From the NCBI GenBank assembly GCA_002269645.1, contig NIVC01000874.1, positions 248,001 to 312,000 of the forward strand: DNA of 64,000 bases, read 5' to 3'. Shown here one piece after another: positions 62,394-64,000 of this stretch. The DNA is from Macrostomum lignano. Taxonomy: Eukaryota. The translations under genes were made by a program, and so were the position numbers. The notes under the pieces are model-generated. The model made no database searches, was not told the origin of the DNA, and saw only the letters and a list, made by a program, of their open reading frames with translations. How positions within the stretch are numbered: position 1 is the stretch's first letter; each line of letters begins with the position of its first letter.

Positions 62394-63712
62394 TCAGGTG
62401 CTGTAAAACGACCTCTCAGGCAGGTACATCAGGTTTTCGTGGTTGTCAAGGGTGTCAAAAGTCCGCCAGTCCGGCCGCTGCTCCACCACCAGCGCGCTGT
62501 CTCTGAGCTGCGCCATCCGCAGCCCGATGAGGCAGCCGTAGAACCTGGCGCTGGCTGCGCCGTCCGACTTGAAGGTGACGGTGGCGCGGCCCAACCTCCG
62601 CTCCGACTGCCAGGAGCTCTTCAGCGTGATGGTCTCTGTACCGACGTCCGAGCCGTTGTCCAGGCTGACGATGAGCAGCGGATATGACTCATAGTTCCGC
62701 CTCTTCAACCGGATCGTCAGCGAGTTGCGGTCTTGTCGAGAGCTCTTGAAGTCCTTGACGATGGACCGCGGACGCTTCACGAAGGTCGGGTAGCGCTGCA
62801 GCTCGACCGTCACCGAGTCCAGGCCGGAGTTCGGGTCCTGCTGCAGGAAGACTCGCAGCTCGAAATCGGTGGCCGCGCCGGAGTCGCTGCCGAGGCTGAA
62901 CTGCACCGCCGCCAGGTCGATGAACTGCGAGCCGTAGCGGCCGGCGTCCTTCTCGGACACCTTGTACTCCAGACTGATGACCAGCTCGTCGTGAGGGACG
63001 CCGGGATTGGAGGCGAGCAGCAGGCGGCCGAGCAGGCCAGACGATGCGGCCTCGAAGTCGGCGGCGCTGATGCAGGCGGCGGGCAGCAGGCGGCTCCGGC
63101 AGGGGCACTGCCGCCCGATGGACTGCCGCAGCGGCCCCGTGTCCAGAGGAGCTCCGTTGATGCGCACGGCGGACAGGCAGCCGGTCCAGTTGGCGAAGGT
63201 CACCACCGTGAGGCGCGGCAGGCGCACCGGTAGCAGCAACTCCCGGCCGTCCAGCGTCAGCTTCAGATGCTCGTAGGGCTTCTTGTCGAACCGCTGCGGC
63301 TCCAGGCTGAATCGGTGCCACTTCGAGTCCTGCAGGTCCATCGGGGCAAAGTTTGAGCTGCCACGCTCGCTGCCGCCGAGTTCCAAGTTGATGCGCACCT
63401 GCCGGCCGCTGGTGAGCAGCAGCTCCACGAATTTGGACCCGTCATCGGAGCTCAGGCGCATCAGCCTGGAGTCTCCGGCGCCGGGGTCGCCATGGCGCGC
63501 AGGTAGGCGGACACCGAGTCCACCGACCGGGACTCCCTGCGGCTTAGTAGCTCCGCTCCGTTGGCGAAGGCGCGGACCGCCCCGCTGCCCGCTTCGCCGT
63601 CGCAGCTGTCAGCCTCCGACCTGGCGACGGGCCCGCGCAGGGCAGCCTGCTTGAAGAACTCATTAATCGGCGCCTTCTGGTCCGCGGCCTGCGCGCCGAG
63701 CCTCTCCAGTAG
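62394..63712 (-). CDS. Exon encoding two laminin-G-like domains (extracellular protein; family not assigned)
   Basis: LQDSKWHRFSL...LKLTLDG...WTGCLSAVRING, short Cys linker, second repeat ending FYGCLIGLRM; acceptor cattttccccag at 63713; one frameshift at ~63500 in a GCGC run. Confidence 0.65.
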
Positions 63713-64000
63713 CTGGGGAAAATGAGGAGGTTTTGATAAGTTCGTCAGCTGAGCATCTCTGCTGAGGAATCTACCCAGCGGGACTGTTATTCCTGGGGGA
63801 GGGGGAGGGTAAAAAGGCACTGCGCAGTACTAAGGTTTCTGGGTTCGATTCCGCAGCAAGGCCACGCACTGGGAAGTTTCTGGGACTGTCGAGGTTGGCT
63901 CCTGTGAGGTGTAATCAGTGTGGAAACGGGACAGAGGAATGAGCATTCGCAAACCTGCAGCAAGTCCGTCTCGTTCTGCCTGCCGGAGAAGCGGCACTCC

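Overview
Eukaryotic (metazoan) genomic DNA. Spliced GT-AG genes, GC-rich polyQ/polyA exons and introns filled with many unrelated minisatellites resemble a flatworm such as Macrostomum; that attribution is an inference only. Contents, left to right: (1) 5' part of a discs large (dlg) gene on the minus strand (L27, PDZ1, PDZ2 exons), one exon of which is split inside its CAG tract by a 5'-truncated LINE whose ends read GT...AG in phase; (2) an AT-rich, transposon-packed island at ~14.4-28.8 kb with nested MITEs, a piggyBac remnant and a near-complete LINE whose ORF1 and ORF2 are separated only by one in-frame TGA; (3) a RING + RRM gene; (4) an apparently intronless CAP59/GT69-like glycosyltransferase with an inverted paralogous stub; (5) an RT-less Gypsy element and other decayed transposons; (6) the main finding, a tandem family of ankyrin-repeat genes, two of them spliced in frame to a caspase domain (AHG/QACRG) in place of a death-fold prodomain. 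The ankyrin arrays differ in length (0, 3 and at least 10 copies of a 71-aa unit), vary almost only at predicted binding-surface residues, and one copy has a nonsense codon before the catalytic Cys; (7) a laminin-G exon. Several single-base frameshifts fall in homopolymers or near the N gap and may be sequencing errors. All exon joins are predicted by eye, without transcript data.
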